Positions 1-13,048 of a stretch of DNA of 64,000 bases are shown in pieces. Each line of letters opens with the position of its first letter. Position 1 is the first letter of the stretch. The position numbers were made by a program, and so were the translations under genes. Origin of the DNA: Octopus sinensis (taxonomy: Eukaryota); contig NC_043004.1 of assembly GCF_006345805.1 (NCBI RefSeq), positions 44,392,001 to 44,456,000 on the forward strand, read 5' to 3'. The notes under the pieces were generated by a model. That model saw only the letters and a list, made by a program, of their open reading frames with translations, had not been told where the DNA came from and made no database searches.

Positions 1-150
1 GTATTTGAAATGGTTCTGCTGGCATCAACCAAGAAGATACCTGGGAAACCATCAAGACCAGTAGCTAACTTTAATCCCATTTCATCAATAGCCGCTAATA
101 CATCTGCCTCTTTGGTGTTGGACTCCACGTTGATCTGCAAAGAGCAAACA
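1..150 (-). mobile_element. Possible Helitron helicase piece just before Walker A (runs off the window)
   Basis: Reads DVLAAIEMG...GFPGIFLVDAS, resembling the segment before GxxGTGKT in PIF1-like helicases. The motif itself is not visible. Confidence 0.35.
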
Positions 151-344
151 ATATTATTGAAGCAAATTCAAGGAAGCACTAAAGGATGTATTTCTAAACG
201 AAAGAAAAGCGAATAATATCACGCGTATCACATATAAAACAACGAATATATGTCAGTCAAAATATAACTAAAACTATTAATATTACGGTCACCATAAGCA
301 AGGCAATAAACTGAGCAGTTTCATATATTTGGATGTAGATGTGT

Positions 345-1830
345 TCAAGTAGGGAGATGAAGAGTGAAGACGATTTTGAACTGTTCGCTGAGCGCCTCAT
401 TTGGGTCAAGATTCCATAGCAATATAATGGGAGTACCCAGTTCTAGTGTCAAGTTATGCGGTGGCATCTCAGTGGGTTTAAGTATGCTCAGAAATTCAAC
501 AGCGTATTGAGCAACCTGAACATGATCGACTGTTGTCAATTGATCGAATAGTAATCTCCGATGTATCTGTTAACTTTTGAAAAACTTCATCACTGAGTTT
601 ATCGTCCATTTCATTAGTTGGAGCTAGTATAGCTGTTTCACATACCCAGTTTAATTGAGAGATAAATTAGGAAATATTTTATCCATAAGATCGCTAAGAG
701 GAAATATCATTTCTCCGCTTGTAATTTCATGTAGCTGAGGTCTTATGCTGAATGTTAATATCCCATTACCAATCTCAAGAAGCTCGTATGATCACCTTGT
801 AGAAAGTTTCTGATGTTGCATGTTTTTTCCCGTCTGCAAAGGCACAATTGTTTGAAGCATGCATTGACCTCGCCAGCTTTGGATCCTTTGGGTATAACTG
901 GCAACATTTTACAAAAATCTCAAGAAGAACTCCTCCCATGAGTGTGCAAGAACTCCTCCCATGAGTGTGTTATTATTTTTTGTGTCTTGGGGGTTACTGT
1001 CAATTACCTCTGGAGCTCCACGATATGACAGTGCACTCATCCCAAACAATTAGGCATGTTTGTTGAAGAACTATTGCCATTGTAGAGTTTTTGGAAATGT
1101 TGCATATTTTAGATTATTTCATTGCAAAGTTTAGAGAGAGCTTGTTCATGAAATGAGCAGTCCTTCCGCCACTGAGTGAGGTAGATGCAATACCAGAAGT
1201 TGCAACACTGGAAGAAGGATAGATTTTATTTCCTCCCATTTAGGATTGCAGGGGAAAGTAACAAAAAGATCTGGTTTTCCATATGTCCTGACATATGTCA
1301 TAGCATCTTGTGTTCGGTCATGCATAAAACGAGGACCACTTGTGAATGATGATAGGGGGATTGTAAGTAGCCCAATTTCCCCATGTTTTGAATATCACAA
1401 TCTGTCCTCAGAGCATCTTAGAGACAAACAATTTTTAGACCTTAGCTTTTTTTATCGTTATGAATGTAGACGAGTCGCTGACTCTCAACTTTAGCAAACA
1501 TATCAACCAGTTATTGCTGAAATAGATCACGATACGTGAATAATTGATTTCATTGTTTTGGTCTTACGTCAAATGGTAAATATAGAAGTCATTTGACGAC
1601 ACCTTTTTGTGTGCAATTGGCTCTCCTACTGCAGGTTCAATCTGTAGAATATTGAAATGATACCCTTCTTGTCCATTTCGTTGGATAAGAGGATACTGGA
1701 GCGCATTATAAGAGGGAAGAGTATCAGGAACACGTTTTAGTTTGTTATCTCGAGCACGAATGAGATTATCACGATGATCATGGGGATCAGCTACCACTAG
1801 GATGACTACTACCTTAGATGTGGGCTTATT
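345..1830 (-). mobile_element. Decayed Helitron Rep/helicase fragment with stops, frameshifts and an internal deletion
   Basis: Minus-strand translation gives Helitron motifs in order: YNALQYPL..GYHFNI, FQQ*LVDMFAKVESQRL, SSFTSGPRFMHDRTQDAMTYVRTYGKPDLFVTFPCNPKW (Rep motif 1), VATSGIASTSLSGGRTAH, CNISKNSTMAIVLQQTCLIVWDECT (PIF1 Walker B), LPVIPKGSKAGEVNAC, LLEIGNG, AILAPTN, VEFLSILKPTEMPPHNLTLELGTPIILLWNLDP. Confidence 0.93.
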
Positions 1831-2660
1831 AAAACGGTGTATAAGGTCCTTTACTATATCTTTTTAATCAAACGCAATGAACGCAGAAACAGAAACTCAC
1901 AGACACATAGACACTCATACAACTGATAATATTGAAAACAGTAAAACTTAAACACACGACGTTCAAGTGAAAAGAAATGTAGTCAATATAGGTGCAAAAC
2001 ATATTTTCTGTAACATAGATATATATGTACACGTGGGAGTGAATGTGTGTTTATAGGGTAGATATTTATACAGTTTCATTCACAAAGGATGACGCAACTC
2101 AAGACTAAGTTTGTATACCACTACTCATATGTGATTGAATTGGAAACTATCTTGCTATAGAGAAAATTCTAAAACATTCAGCTAATTCATATTCTCAGAA
2201 TGGAATACATTTTACTTCAAAATTTGCCACAGTACACAAAAATCCTAAACTTCCTTTATACATCGTCGAATGGTTTTGCCCAAAAAGAAGAGAATATACA
2301 AGAGAAAATAATAAAATACATCAGAGAACATGAAAATATAAACTAAATTTCGAAGATATGAAACTGATAAGTTCGACATTATTTAAAACCCTGGCGGTAA
2401 TAGTAAAGACGATTATCGAAGCGTATTTAATGAGGCACTAAAGGAAGTATATCTAGACGGAAGAAAAACGAATTATATCAGGCGTATCACATATCAACGG
2501 TGAATATACATTAGTTGAAAAAAATAACTGAAGATATTTGACATTAAAATAACCATAAACTCAGCAGGTTTATTTATTTGGATGTGGATGTGTCCCCGTA
2601 AGATGGTGAAGTTTTGGGGTCTACATCTGTAGAGATAAACACACACACACATACACACAT

Positions 2661-2713
<53 letters not shown>

Positions 2714-2780
2714 GCATGCATATTACATACGTATATATATTCATGTAGGTTATATGTACACATATATACAACATATATAT

Positions 2781-2940
2781 AGGCGCAGAAGTGGCTGTGT
2801 GGTAAGTAGCTTGCTTACCAATCACATGGTTCTGGGTTCAGTCCTGCGTGGCACCTTGCGCAAGTGTCTTCTAATATAGCCTCGGGCCGACCAAAGCCTT
2901 GTGAGTGGATTTTATAGACGAAACTGAAAGAAGCCCGTCG
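2781..2940 (+). mobile_element. tRNA-derived CORE-type SINE, family 1 (5' part)
   Basis: A box TGGCTGTGTGG, B-box-like GGTTCAGTCC, CORE-like GGCACCTTG(C/G)GCAAGTGTCTTCT; matches copies at 11834 and 47445. Confidence 0.88.
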
Positions 2941-2997
2941 TATATATATGTGTGTGTGTGTGTATATGTTTGTGTTTGCCCCCAACACACACACACG

Positions 2998-3034
<37 letters not shown>

Positions 3035-3094
3035 GGGGGTGTAGGTGTAGGTCTGGCGAGGGTGGATGTGTATATGTAGATGCATAATATATAT

Positions 3095-3127
<33 letters not shown>

Positions 3128-4495
3128 CAGAAAGAGACAGAGAAAGAAAGAAAGAAAGATAGATACATCGATAGATAGATAGATGGGGGGAAAATAAACC
3201 TAGATGAAATTTCAAGGTAAACTTGATAATCACAACAATTGTCTCTGTGCATTGTAACCGGTGACAGTTCTTGATTTTTTTCCATAAAATACTATAACAT
3301 AAATATCATATAAAGGAATATGATCCAGCAGCAGCAGCTCTGTAACCGAACATCATCAGGTGAGTCGCTTTGACTGCACTGATGGATCACATCAAGTTGC
3401 CCATTGTTTTAACATTCCATTTATACTGAATAGCATATAAATCGTAGTAAAAGTCAAAACTATTAATTACAAAACAAATAGACCAAAGTTAGTCAAGGTA
3501 AATAAAAATTAATGTCATCTTGTTAGCAAATTTTTATATAATTCTCGTTATGCTAACGAATTTCCAAGTTTATATCGAGTAAAAGTGTAATCTTGCTGTG
3601 TGATGACATATGGTAGCCAATAACATATAGGAGCTTTGACATGCATGCTATGAGCTTATTACCAGATGATTGTAAATACAGACACGCAAGCAATACATAC
3701 ATTAACATATACTGACACTTACATAGAAAAACATATACACCTGCACTTATGGGTGTGTGTGTATGCGTGCATATATTTATGTGTGGGGGATGCGGGTGGG
3801 GGTGCAGGTGCGAGTGTGTGTGTGTGAATGCTTTGGAATGAATGTTTTTGCATAGGAGAGGTACTTGTACAATTTCCAATTTTAGGTTAGAAGAAAGCTT
3901 CAGAAAGTGAGGTTGTATCGTGAACCATGTCATTGCACAGCGAACACGTAACCACATCACCACGCATGCTTCCATAATGGAAGGATTTTTGTTTCAAATG
4001 TGCTTCAGTAAGCAAAAATCCAAAAATTCCTTTTTTATATGTTGTCAAATGTCTCTGCTCAACAGGAAGAAAATGTACAAGAGACAATAATAAAGGCAAA
4101 ACTTTAGAAAACATCAAAATAAGTATAAATTTATTTCGAAGATATGCAATAGATAAGTTCGACATTATTTAACATCTTGGAGGCGGTCGAAATAATAAAC
4201 AATATTATCGAAGCGAATTTAATGAGGCACTAAAGTATGTATATCTAGACGAAAGAAAAACGAATTATATCAGGCGTATCACATATAAAACAGCGAATAT
4301 ATACAGCAGTCGAAATAATAACTAAAGATATTGACATTAAAATCACCATAAACAAAGCAATAAAATAGCTTGCCTGGAAAAAGTACATGGAAAACATTAA
4401 TGGTAAGATGTGTTTTGGAAATAATATGATATTCTAAATGGAATTATGAAAATCTGAACGACAGAAAGGAAGTAATGCTATGCTAATTCATACAC

Positions 4496-4557
<62 letters not shown>

Positions 4558-4559
4558 TA

Positions 4560-4595
<36 letters not shown>

Positions 4596-4628
4596 TGTAT
4601 GTATATATATATATAATTATTTATATAT

Positions 4629-4675
<47 letters not shown>

Positions 4676-5224
4676 ATATGTATGTATGTATGTATCTATG
4701 TATCTATGTATGTATATAAGAAAATATAAAATGGACGAAACATAAAGATCAGAAACTAATCCAAATATGCTGATAAAAATCTATGAAAATAATCAGCATT
4801 TTCGGTAAGGGGAGAAAATGGTAATAAAATGTTAGAAAGCGAACCACAATATTTTAGTAGGACTTGCAGAGTTTCATATATATTCTTGGCGGTGAAAATT
4901 CTATAAAAATCATTTTAAAATGTATTATCAGGAAAAAATAATATTTATTAAGTAAAAATGAGAAAAATATGCGATGGAAATGATCGAGAGTTTTAGACGC
5001 GAAAGTGGAATAAGAGGAAAATAAATTCTATCAAATGACATTAAAAATGAATAATGACACATATGGTGATTTACATCGGATACATAGGAAAATATGCATG
5101 TATTCTGGTATACGTATGCATGCATACGTGCATTTATACACACATACATCCTAAATATATTAGGACTGTGAAACAAAATACATATATGCATACAAGCATA
5201 CATACATATATATATATATGTGTA

Positions 5225-5395
5225 TGGAGAATTCACCCAAAAAAAACAAAAAATGCAGAGAGGTAGTGTAGGCAACAAACAGATATATTAGTATAACGCT
5301 CGGGAAGTGAAAAAGTCTTTAACGTTTCGAGCCTACGTTCTTCCATAGAAAGGAACACAGAAAGAAAAAAGGAGAGAAAATAAAGAATGTGTACA
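5225..5395 (-). repeat. Penelope-like terminal repeat fragment with a degenerate HHR-like motif; second copy at about 18935-19105
   Basis: Both loci share AACAGAT(A/G)TAT(T/G)AGTATAACGCTC, AAAAAGTCTTT..CGTTTCG..CCTACG.TCTTC and AGAAAGG.ACACAGAAA. Confidence 0.6.
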
Positions 5396-5518
<123 letters not shown>

Positions 5519-5544
5519 TAGATAGATAGATAGATAGATAGATG

Positions 5545-5637
<93 letters not shown>

Positions 5638-6516
5638 ATATATTAATTCTCTGTTAGATTAATCTCAATTAAAGGTGTTACATCCAGTGAGAAATAAATA
5701 TCATTTAACGTACACAGCATAAAGTTACGAGATACTAATTGTTTCATGCATTGAAGATGGGGCTTCGATGTTCATAGCCATTTTTTCGGTAAAAATATAT
5801 ATATTCTATTACCCGTTATTCGTCGATATTGTTATCAGTATCTTTGTGCCAAGTTCTATATTATGTTACCTGTCGAGGGTTTGTACAACGTTTGTCTACC
5901 CATAACTTTCTTACACCATGATATCAATGCTTAATTTCTTGCAGTACCTCACGAAGGAAACTGGTACTACGGTAATGTTAGTGACTCGGGTGAGATAGGA
6001 GTCGTTCTCTTTAGCTGTCATATTACACTTTCAGAAACTATATTTTATAACCTGAACGGCCAACTTTGTTGGTCATTCTCTCATTTTAAAGTTGGCTTCG
6101 ACAGACTTCACACACGTCGTTGCTGTATTTTTGGGATATTCTTTTGTATGTAAAATTACGTTTCATCTGATGATTATAGTTTTTTTAACGGTGTAATGTT
6201 CGCATTCTTCTATCCAAAAAGATGCATAAAAAACTGTTGTATTTGAGCTGATAATTATCCATCGTATGTTATTAATCATTTGATTATAATACACCAAGGG
6301 GATTACGACTTGACGGACAGCAACAACATACAATTCAACGTAACGCGTACTTTAAACCAACCCCATGGGGACTAAATGCTCATAAGGTTGGTTTTATCTC
6401 AGTACACAACCGGAATATCTTATTTGATATTTACCAACCATCGGCCGGAACAACAGGTTTATCGAACCCTAACTGGTGTATATCTTTTCAAGTACTTGAT
6501 TATATTCGAATCCTTA

Positions 6517-6558
<42 letters not shown>

Positions 6559-6638
6559 TGTATGCATATATATATGTATATATATATGTATATATGTATT
6601 TATATGTATATATATATATATGTATATATATTATATAT

Positions 6639-6698
<60 letters not shown>

Positions 6699-6752
6699 AT
6701 ATGAAAAAACAAGTCAAAAATATAAAATGCTAAGATGATTTTATAGTGAATC

Positions 6753-6795
6753 TTCAGTACCGGTTTCGGTCATTTTGAGACCTTTTCAACTGTAA
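6753..6795 (-). ncRNA. Candidate minimal type I hammerhead ribozyme, U3:A8 core variant
   Basis: Minus strand: CAG UUGAAAA GGUC-UCAAAAU-GACC GAA ACCGGU A CUG. Stem I 3 bp, stem II 4 bp, palindromic stem III, GUA site. Confidence 0.55.
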
Positions 6796-7490
6796 CGTTT
6801 AAATAATTAAATTTAGAAAAATTAGAAGAAAAGTTTTTTAAAAGAATATTTCTGTAGTAGTGTTCAGATATAAGTAGCATTCTGCCTTTCTCTGACTCCC
6901 TTGTTTGCACTTGTGTGTTCGAGGTCGTTTTGAGTTCTTGGTAGGATAGGTGAAGAATAATGAGGCTGATGTGGAGAGGGGGTGGGGAAATCTGGGAATG
7001 CCTTAATGGTCGTATTTTGAATGGTCAGTGGCTGACAGTAGTCGCAGTTCAATTCAGGAATTGTTTATGGAATTTGCGTAGGCGTTATACTGAAAGACAT
7101 TAGTGACAAGGTTAAGGGGTGGAAGGTGGAGAAGTAGAAGAAGAAGATGGCGATGTTGACGATGATGATGATGAAGAAGAAGAAGAAGGAGAAGGAGAAG
7201 ATGGTGGTGATGAGGGTGATGATATATATATATATATATGTATGTATATATATATAAATGTATTTACATATGCATACATGCATACATACATACATATAAG
7301 TACATTTATATATGCCACACTAAACATGCTTATCTGCATTCTTATTTCCAAATCAGTTCAACTGGATTTCATGTAGCCACTCTTTACCCGTGGGCTCAGC
7401 CCGGGATAAACACTCCGGAATGGAAGTTCAAATCATTTCAGCACTACTGTGTTCTCTATATTGAGGATCTGTATACATATCGAATGTGTG

Positions 7491-7524
<34 letters not shown>

Positions 7525-7528
7525 ATAT

Positions 7529-7705
7529 TATTGAGGGTACTACTACTCGTAGATACCAACACGCTAATAGGGACCAATGCGGTCAAAACTACTAAAAATA
7601 AACAAAATTTTACCGAATTCGGTAAAATTTTGTTTATTTTTTGTAGTTTTGACCGCATTGGTCCCTCTTAGCGTGTGGTATCTACGAATAGTAGTACCCT
7701 CAATA
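7529..7705. repeat. 177-bp spacerless palindrome centred on GAATTC (7615-7620)
   Basis: The arms are reverse complements with about 4 differences. Confidence 0.95.
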
Positions 7706-8451
7706 TAATATAAATAAATATTTTCAAAGTGGAAAAATTTACGGATTTTTTCTCTTACGAGGTTTTTCACGCTAACTACTGATAATTTCTTATAAAGATT
7801 GTATCCTCAATTGTAAATTTATATATATATATACACACAACAGTCAACAGATGAAATATAATTTTACCAGTATATGTTGTATTCACAGCATAAAACTAAT
7901 AACAGCTCGTATTTAAGTTGCTATATATATTAAATGATATTCGTCTGTCACTGGATGGAATACTTTCTATGTTGATCCTACCAATAACAACAGGAATCTC
8001 TATATACATATGTGTGTGTGTGTGTCTTATAGCTTATATTTATATATGAACGCGCAATATATTTTTACGTGTAGACTTTTATGAGGCTTTTTCTCATGGT
8101 ATCTACGATAGTAAAGATTCTTCTAACAGGGCATCCACGTTTAAGTGGGAATAAATATTACATTTATGCTTATGTACATGTGTATTTATGACTACTCCGT
8201 TATACATTCACATATGGTGCTTATATATATATATATATATTTACTTGGAAATGGATGCGCCCTATTCCATTAAATAATATATACATATATATATATATTA
8301 TATATAATATATTTATAATATATAATATATATTATATATATAATATATAATATATATATGTTATATATGTATAACAAAATTGAAATTACTAAATGCATAT
8401 ATATATATATATAAGTGTGTGTGTGTGTGTGTGTATACATATATATACATA

Positions 8452-8581
8452 TATAAGTTCAGCAAAATTTAGATTCAGATGAATATGGTACTTAAGTTAA
8501 AGGCACCAGAGTTTGGTATGGTATTATCCATATAAATCAAATGGGGTGATTATAATCAAAATAAGCAACAAGGATATCCAT
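8452..8581 (-). repeat. Dispersed repeat end; reverse complement of about 13360-13490
   Basis: GGCACCAGAGTT, GGTATGGTATTATCCATATAAATCAAATGG and CAAAATAAGCAACAAGGATATCC are shared. Confidence 0.85.
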
Positions 8582-9107
8582 TGATGATGATGATGATGAT
8601 GATGATGACATTTTTTTATTAGCCACTTAGGCATAGATGAGGAAAACCTAGTCCCAGGTTGAATAGAAAGATGGACGCCAACAACCGTAGCTCAAAATAT
8701 GTAATATTAATAGCATCATATAGCCAAAACGAAACTAAAATTGACCAGAAGCCTGGCAGAAACGATCTTAAACTCACAAATGTCTGGTAATGTCAATATT
8801 TGTTTTACACCTTAGTTTTGATTATCACATGGAATTAATGATAGAAATGGCACGTGCGTAATATCACGTATGTCAACATGAATTTTTCTTTAATGCTGAT
8901 AACGATAACGGTAGTGGTAATAATGGCAATAATTATAGTAATGACAATGACAATACGCCTTGGCATCATTAGTTTCCGTAGGTTACCAAGCACAGGTCAT
9001 ATGTATTTTCCATATATTTTCGAAACAAATATTTTCTTTCGGTGTCCTTGAACTTTTCAAGAGGCCAACGTAGATGTTGCATTGACTGCCTGCCAACTAA
9101 CCATCCA

Positions 9108-9109
<2 letters not shown>

Positions 9110-9191
<82 letters not shown>

Positions 9192-9192
9192 A
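9110..9192. repeat. (CTA)n microsatellite
   Basis: Pure trinucleotide run. Confidence 0.95.
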
Positions 9193-10104
9193 CATAGTGA
9201 CATTAGTCAACCAGCCATTGCCAATTATAGTTTTTTCGATGATTCGCGGTCCCCTATAAAGTGAAGGGTAATTAACTTGGTAAAAACTGACATACATTCG
9301 AGTACCGTATTTCCAGATTATGAACCGCGCTGCTCATAGGCCCGCAACCCCCAAAACCACAACTTAATCCACGCACACCTCATAGCGATACATAAATTAA
9401 TATGACAAACAAATGAAAAACAAAAACAGTCCGAAAATATATCGAGCATCATACATTAACCCATTTAAGACGCATTTATGCCCGTTTAGCAGAGAGACAC
9501 CATGGGTCATACACCGAAAACTACAGCACATATATAGCGATGATCACGCGCTACACACGTTCTTTCCAAGCACTGATATAAACAGCGAAAGAGAGCTAGA
9601 ACGTTAAAACTTAGTGAGCATGCACAGCAGAGTGCAAGTCAATCTTTGTCAAGCAGCTTCACTCTACATGCTTCAGCTTCGTTACAAAGGCAACAGTCCG
9701 TATACTTATTGATCTGACCTAGTACGTACATAACAATGGTTTTTCGATACTTTGGCATTACCTTCTCCTTTTGCCGTGTTTTGGAATGCTGTTCCTCCCC
9801 ATTGGCAGATCATTCATTATAATCTTTATCCAAGAGGTGCATTTCAACCAATTTAGCTATTTTCAGCAGAAAAATTGTAATAGCATCCCAAAATGTACAG
9901 ACGTTTCTGCCTTTTGACAACTAGTACGCACAGAAAACCACAATTTTATTAGAACCGTCTTTTCTTTCTTCCATGAAGGTAGCCAGAGTAAGAGATGGGA
10001 TATGATATCCAGGAAGATGTCGAATTTCTCTGAGTAAAACGCCAAGGATCGATCGTTCCGATGGAGCGCTAATTTGCACATCGATATACAAGGCATCGAT
10101 ATAC

Positions 10105-10615
10105 ATGTAAGTGTATATATTCCAAGACAAGCTGGTTTACGGATGTGACCCAAATTGCAAGTAACCTTTCAACTTTCCCTGAAACGAAAAGCCAAATCGT
10201 GGCTACGTTGAATGCCATGGGTGATAGTATCTTTTCAAAACCGTTCAACGTGAAGTGCTCAGTTCGTCAATGATGTCCCCTCTGTCCCCTTCTGTACGTA
10301 TTGGCTCTTGAGCCTTCGCTGTGGAGGTTGGACGGACCGGGGTATCCCGCGCGTTCTAGGTTATAGGAGGGTGGTCACGGCGCTCGCGGGTGACATCACC
10401 ATCATCGTGTCCCAGTTAAATCACCTACGGATTCTGGGTGAAGCCATCAAGGAAGACGAGACGTGGCAGGAGCAAAAATTAACCGAGAAAAAAATTCAGC
10501 TTACAATTTGGCACCTGGAGAGGCAAGTCAATGCCTTCCAACATCATCGTAGGGCATAAGACTGAAGGACCAGTTAAAATGCTAGGGGTTTGGTTTGAAG
10601 CAGAGAGAGAAGAAT
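10105..10615 (+). mobile_element. Tx1/L1-clade ORF2 reverse transcriptase fragment (decayed)
   Basis: SKPFNVKCSVRQ*CPLSP and VVTALAGDITIIVS (degenerate FADD); inverted copy of 11316-11807. Confidence 0.85.
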
Positions 10616-10816
10616 TACTACCTGAATCCTTGATGTATAACATAACAACAAAAAATTATATAAGAAATTATTTATTTACAGACGAGGGAACTTAATAGCC
10701 AACCTAATAATATATATATTAGGTTGGCAATTATATATCTATACATATAGTTAGATAGACGTAGATAAATATAGAAATATACATATATATAGTATATATA
10801 TATATATATATATTAT

Positions 10817-10867
<51 letters not shown>

Positions 10868-10878
10868 ATATATGTATG

Positions 10879-10952
<74 letters not shown>

Positions 10953-11060
10953 CAGAGATGGGATATGATATCCAGGAAGATGTCGAATTTCTCTGAGTAA
11001 AACGCCAAGGATCGATCCTTCCGATGGAGCGCTAATTTGCACATCGATATACAAGGCATC

Positions 11061-11807
11061 CCTAGCCAACCCTTTAGAGGGTGTTGGCAGCAGACAGAAT
11101 GTTTCACAAGCGGACCTTTACCCTTCCACAAAAAGCGGGAAAAGAGCCGTTCCAGCATGTTCAGCCACTGAACGGGACAAGGCGCGACGGTTAGGCGGTA
11201 GGTAATCACAGAAGCGATAAATACCTCTTCCACCTTCGCCTTCCCTTTTAAAGATAACCACCGCTCAGACCAGGTCTGAATTAGGTAAGTCACCTTGCTC
11301 GCCACCTCGCCCCAATTCTTCTCTATCTGCTTCACACCAAGCCCCAAGCGTTTTAACTGGTCCTTCCGTCTTATGCCCTACGACGCTGTTGGAAGGCATT
11401 GACTTGCCTCTCCAGGTGCCAAATTGTAAGCTGAATTTTTTTCTCGGTTAATTTTTGCTCCTGCCACGTCTCGTCCACCTTGATGGCTTCACCCAGAATC
11501 TGTAGGAGATTTACCTGGGACACGATGATGGTGATGTCATCCGCGAACGCCGTGACCACCCTCCTATAACCTAGAACGCGCGGGATACCCCCGGTCCGTC
11601 CAACCTCCACAGCAAAGGCTCGAGAGCCAATATGTACAGAAGGGGAGAACTGAGCACTTCACGTTGAATGGTTTTGAAAAGAAACTGTCACTCATGGCAT
11701 TCAACGTAGCCGCGTTTTGGCTTCTGGTTTCAGGGAGAGTTGAAAGCTTACTTGCAATTTGGGTCACAGCCGTAAACCAGCATGTCTTGGAATATATACA
11801 CTTACAT
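11061..11807 (-). mobile_element. Tx1/L1-clade ORF2 reverse transcriptase fragment (decayed)
   Basis: VVTAFADDITIIVS, WSERWLSLKGKA, FIASVITYRLTV, RFLWKGKGPLV, HPLKGWLGMP. Confidence 0.9.
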
Positions 11808-11833
11808 ACCCAACATAAACTTTCAGAATTTAC

Positions 11834-11994
11834 CAGGAGTGGCTGTGTGGTAAGTAGCTTGCTTACCAACCACATGGTTACGGGTTCAGTCCCACTGCGT
11901 GGCACCTTGGGCAAGTGTCTTCTACTATAGCTTCGGGGCGACCAAAGCCTTGTGAGTGGATTTGATAGACGGAAACTGAAAGAAGCCCGTCGTG

Positions 11995-12060
<66 letters not shown>

Positions 12061-12212
12061 GTCCCCCCAACATCACTTGACAACCGATGCTTGTGTGTTT
12101 ACGTCCCCGTAACTTAGTGGTTCGGCAAGAAAGACTGAGAGAATAAGTCATGGGGTCAATTTGCTCGACTAAAGGCGGTGCTCCAGCATGGCCACAGTCA
12201 AATGACTGAAAC
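11834..12212 (+). mobile_element. Full-length CORE-type SINE, family 1, with an internal (TA)n(TG)n tract
   Basis: tRNA-like head, CORE-like block, microsatellite at 11993-12060, 3' part ending CCAGCATGGCCACAGTCAAATGACTGAAAC. Confidence 0.9.
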
Positions 12213-13048
12213 AAATTTAAAAAAACAAAACAAAGAAAGTAAAAGAAAGTATATAAAAATGACATTTGACAAAATCGTGTTTCTTTTGCGATTCAGTGTA
12301 ATTCGGGGATGTAGTATCAATGCTGGCATTGAATTAGTCAGATACTTGTATAGAAATGCATAATATCTTGATACGAGTTTAACAAGTCTGAATTCACTGC
12401 ACACGTCTTTATTAAGCGTTGGTGGATAGAAAATGTGGCAAATATTTTCAAAATAAGAGTAGAATTACCGCGAGTGAAGCACCTTTTGGTAGTTTGTACA
12501 CCGACCACCATTTTAGATCAAAAGAAAGTGACGTTCTGCAATCTGAATCATATGTACAAATATTGTGCATACAATGGAAGCTAGATCAGAAAATTTTTGT
12601 TTTACTGAAGTAAGGGCACGCATTGTATACATCAGTGAGTAATCACAGATTTTTGATTATCGTAGTGACCTTCTCTCTTATTTGTTTTGGCAGATTCACA
12701 CCATTTCAGCAAAGAGTGCTATACTTCCAGAAAAAAAAACTGGTCCCCACTCACCTGCTTCTGTCATGATATTTGATAACGTCGTAAAAGAAATGTGCTG
12801 AGCTGCTAAATTCCATTAAGCTTTTGATCAGCATATATGCTCATGGTCTTCATATACTCTCTCATTTCTCTTGCTCTCTCTCTCTCTCTCTCTCTCTCTT
12901 TCTGTCAAACACGACCACACAAACACACAGATACACCGACATGCAAACACACACATACAAACAAAGGAACAAACACACAAGCATACACACATACATGCAT
13001 ACATGCATACACACATACATATATATATATATGTATATATATATATGT

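Larger units (their letters stand above)
150..4360. repeat. Three diverged copies of a non-coding unit (about 150-310, 2195-2560, 3975-4360), probably Helitron-associated
   Basis: Core GAAAAACGAATTATATCAGGCGTATCACATAT is in copies 2 and 3, with a diverged version in copy 1. Copies 2 and 3 also share GATAAGTTCGACATTATTTAA and TTTAATGAGGCACTAAAG. Confidence 0.8.

Noticed and set aside
2781-2860. tRNA gene calls for A/B-box sequences
   Set aside because: They continue into SINE bodies repeated across the window and lack a full cloverleaf.
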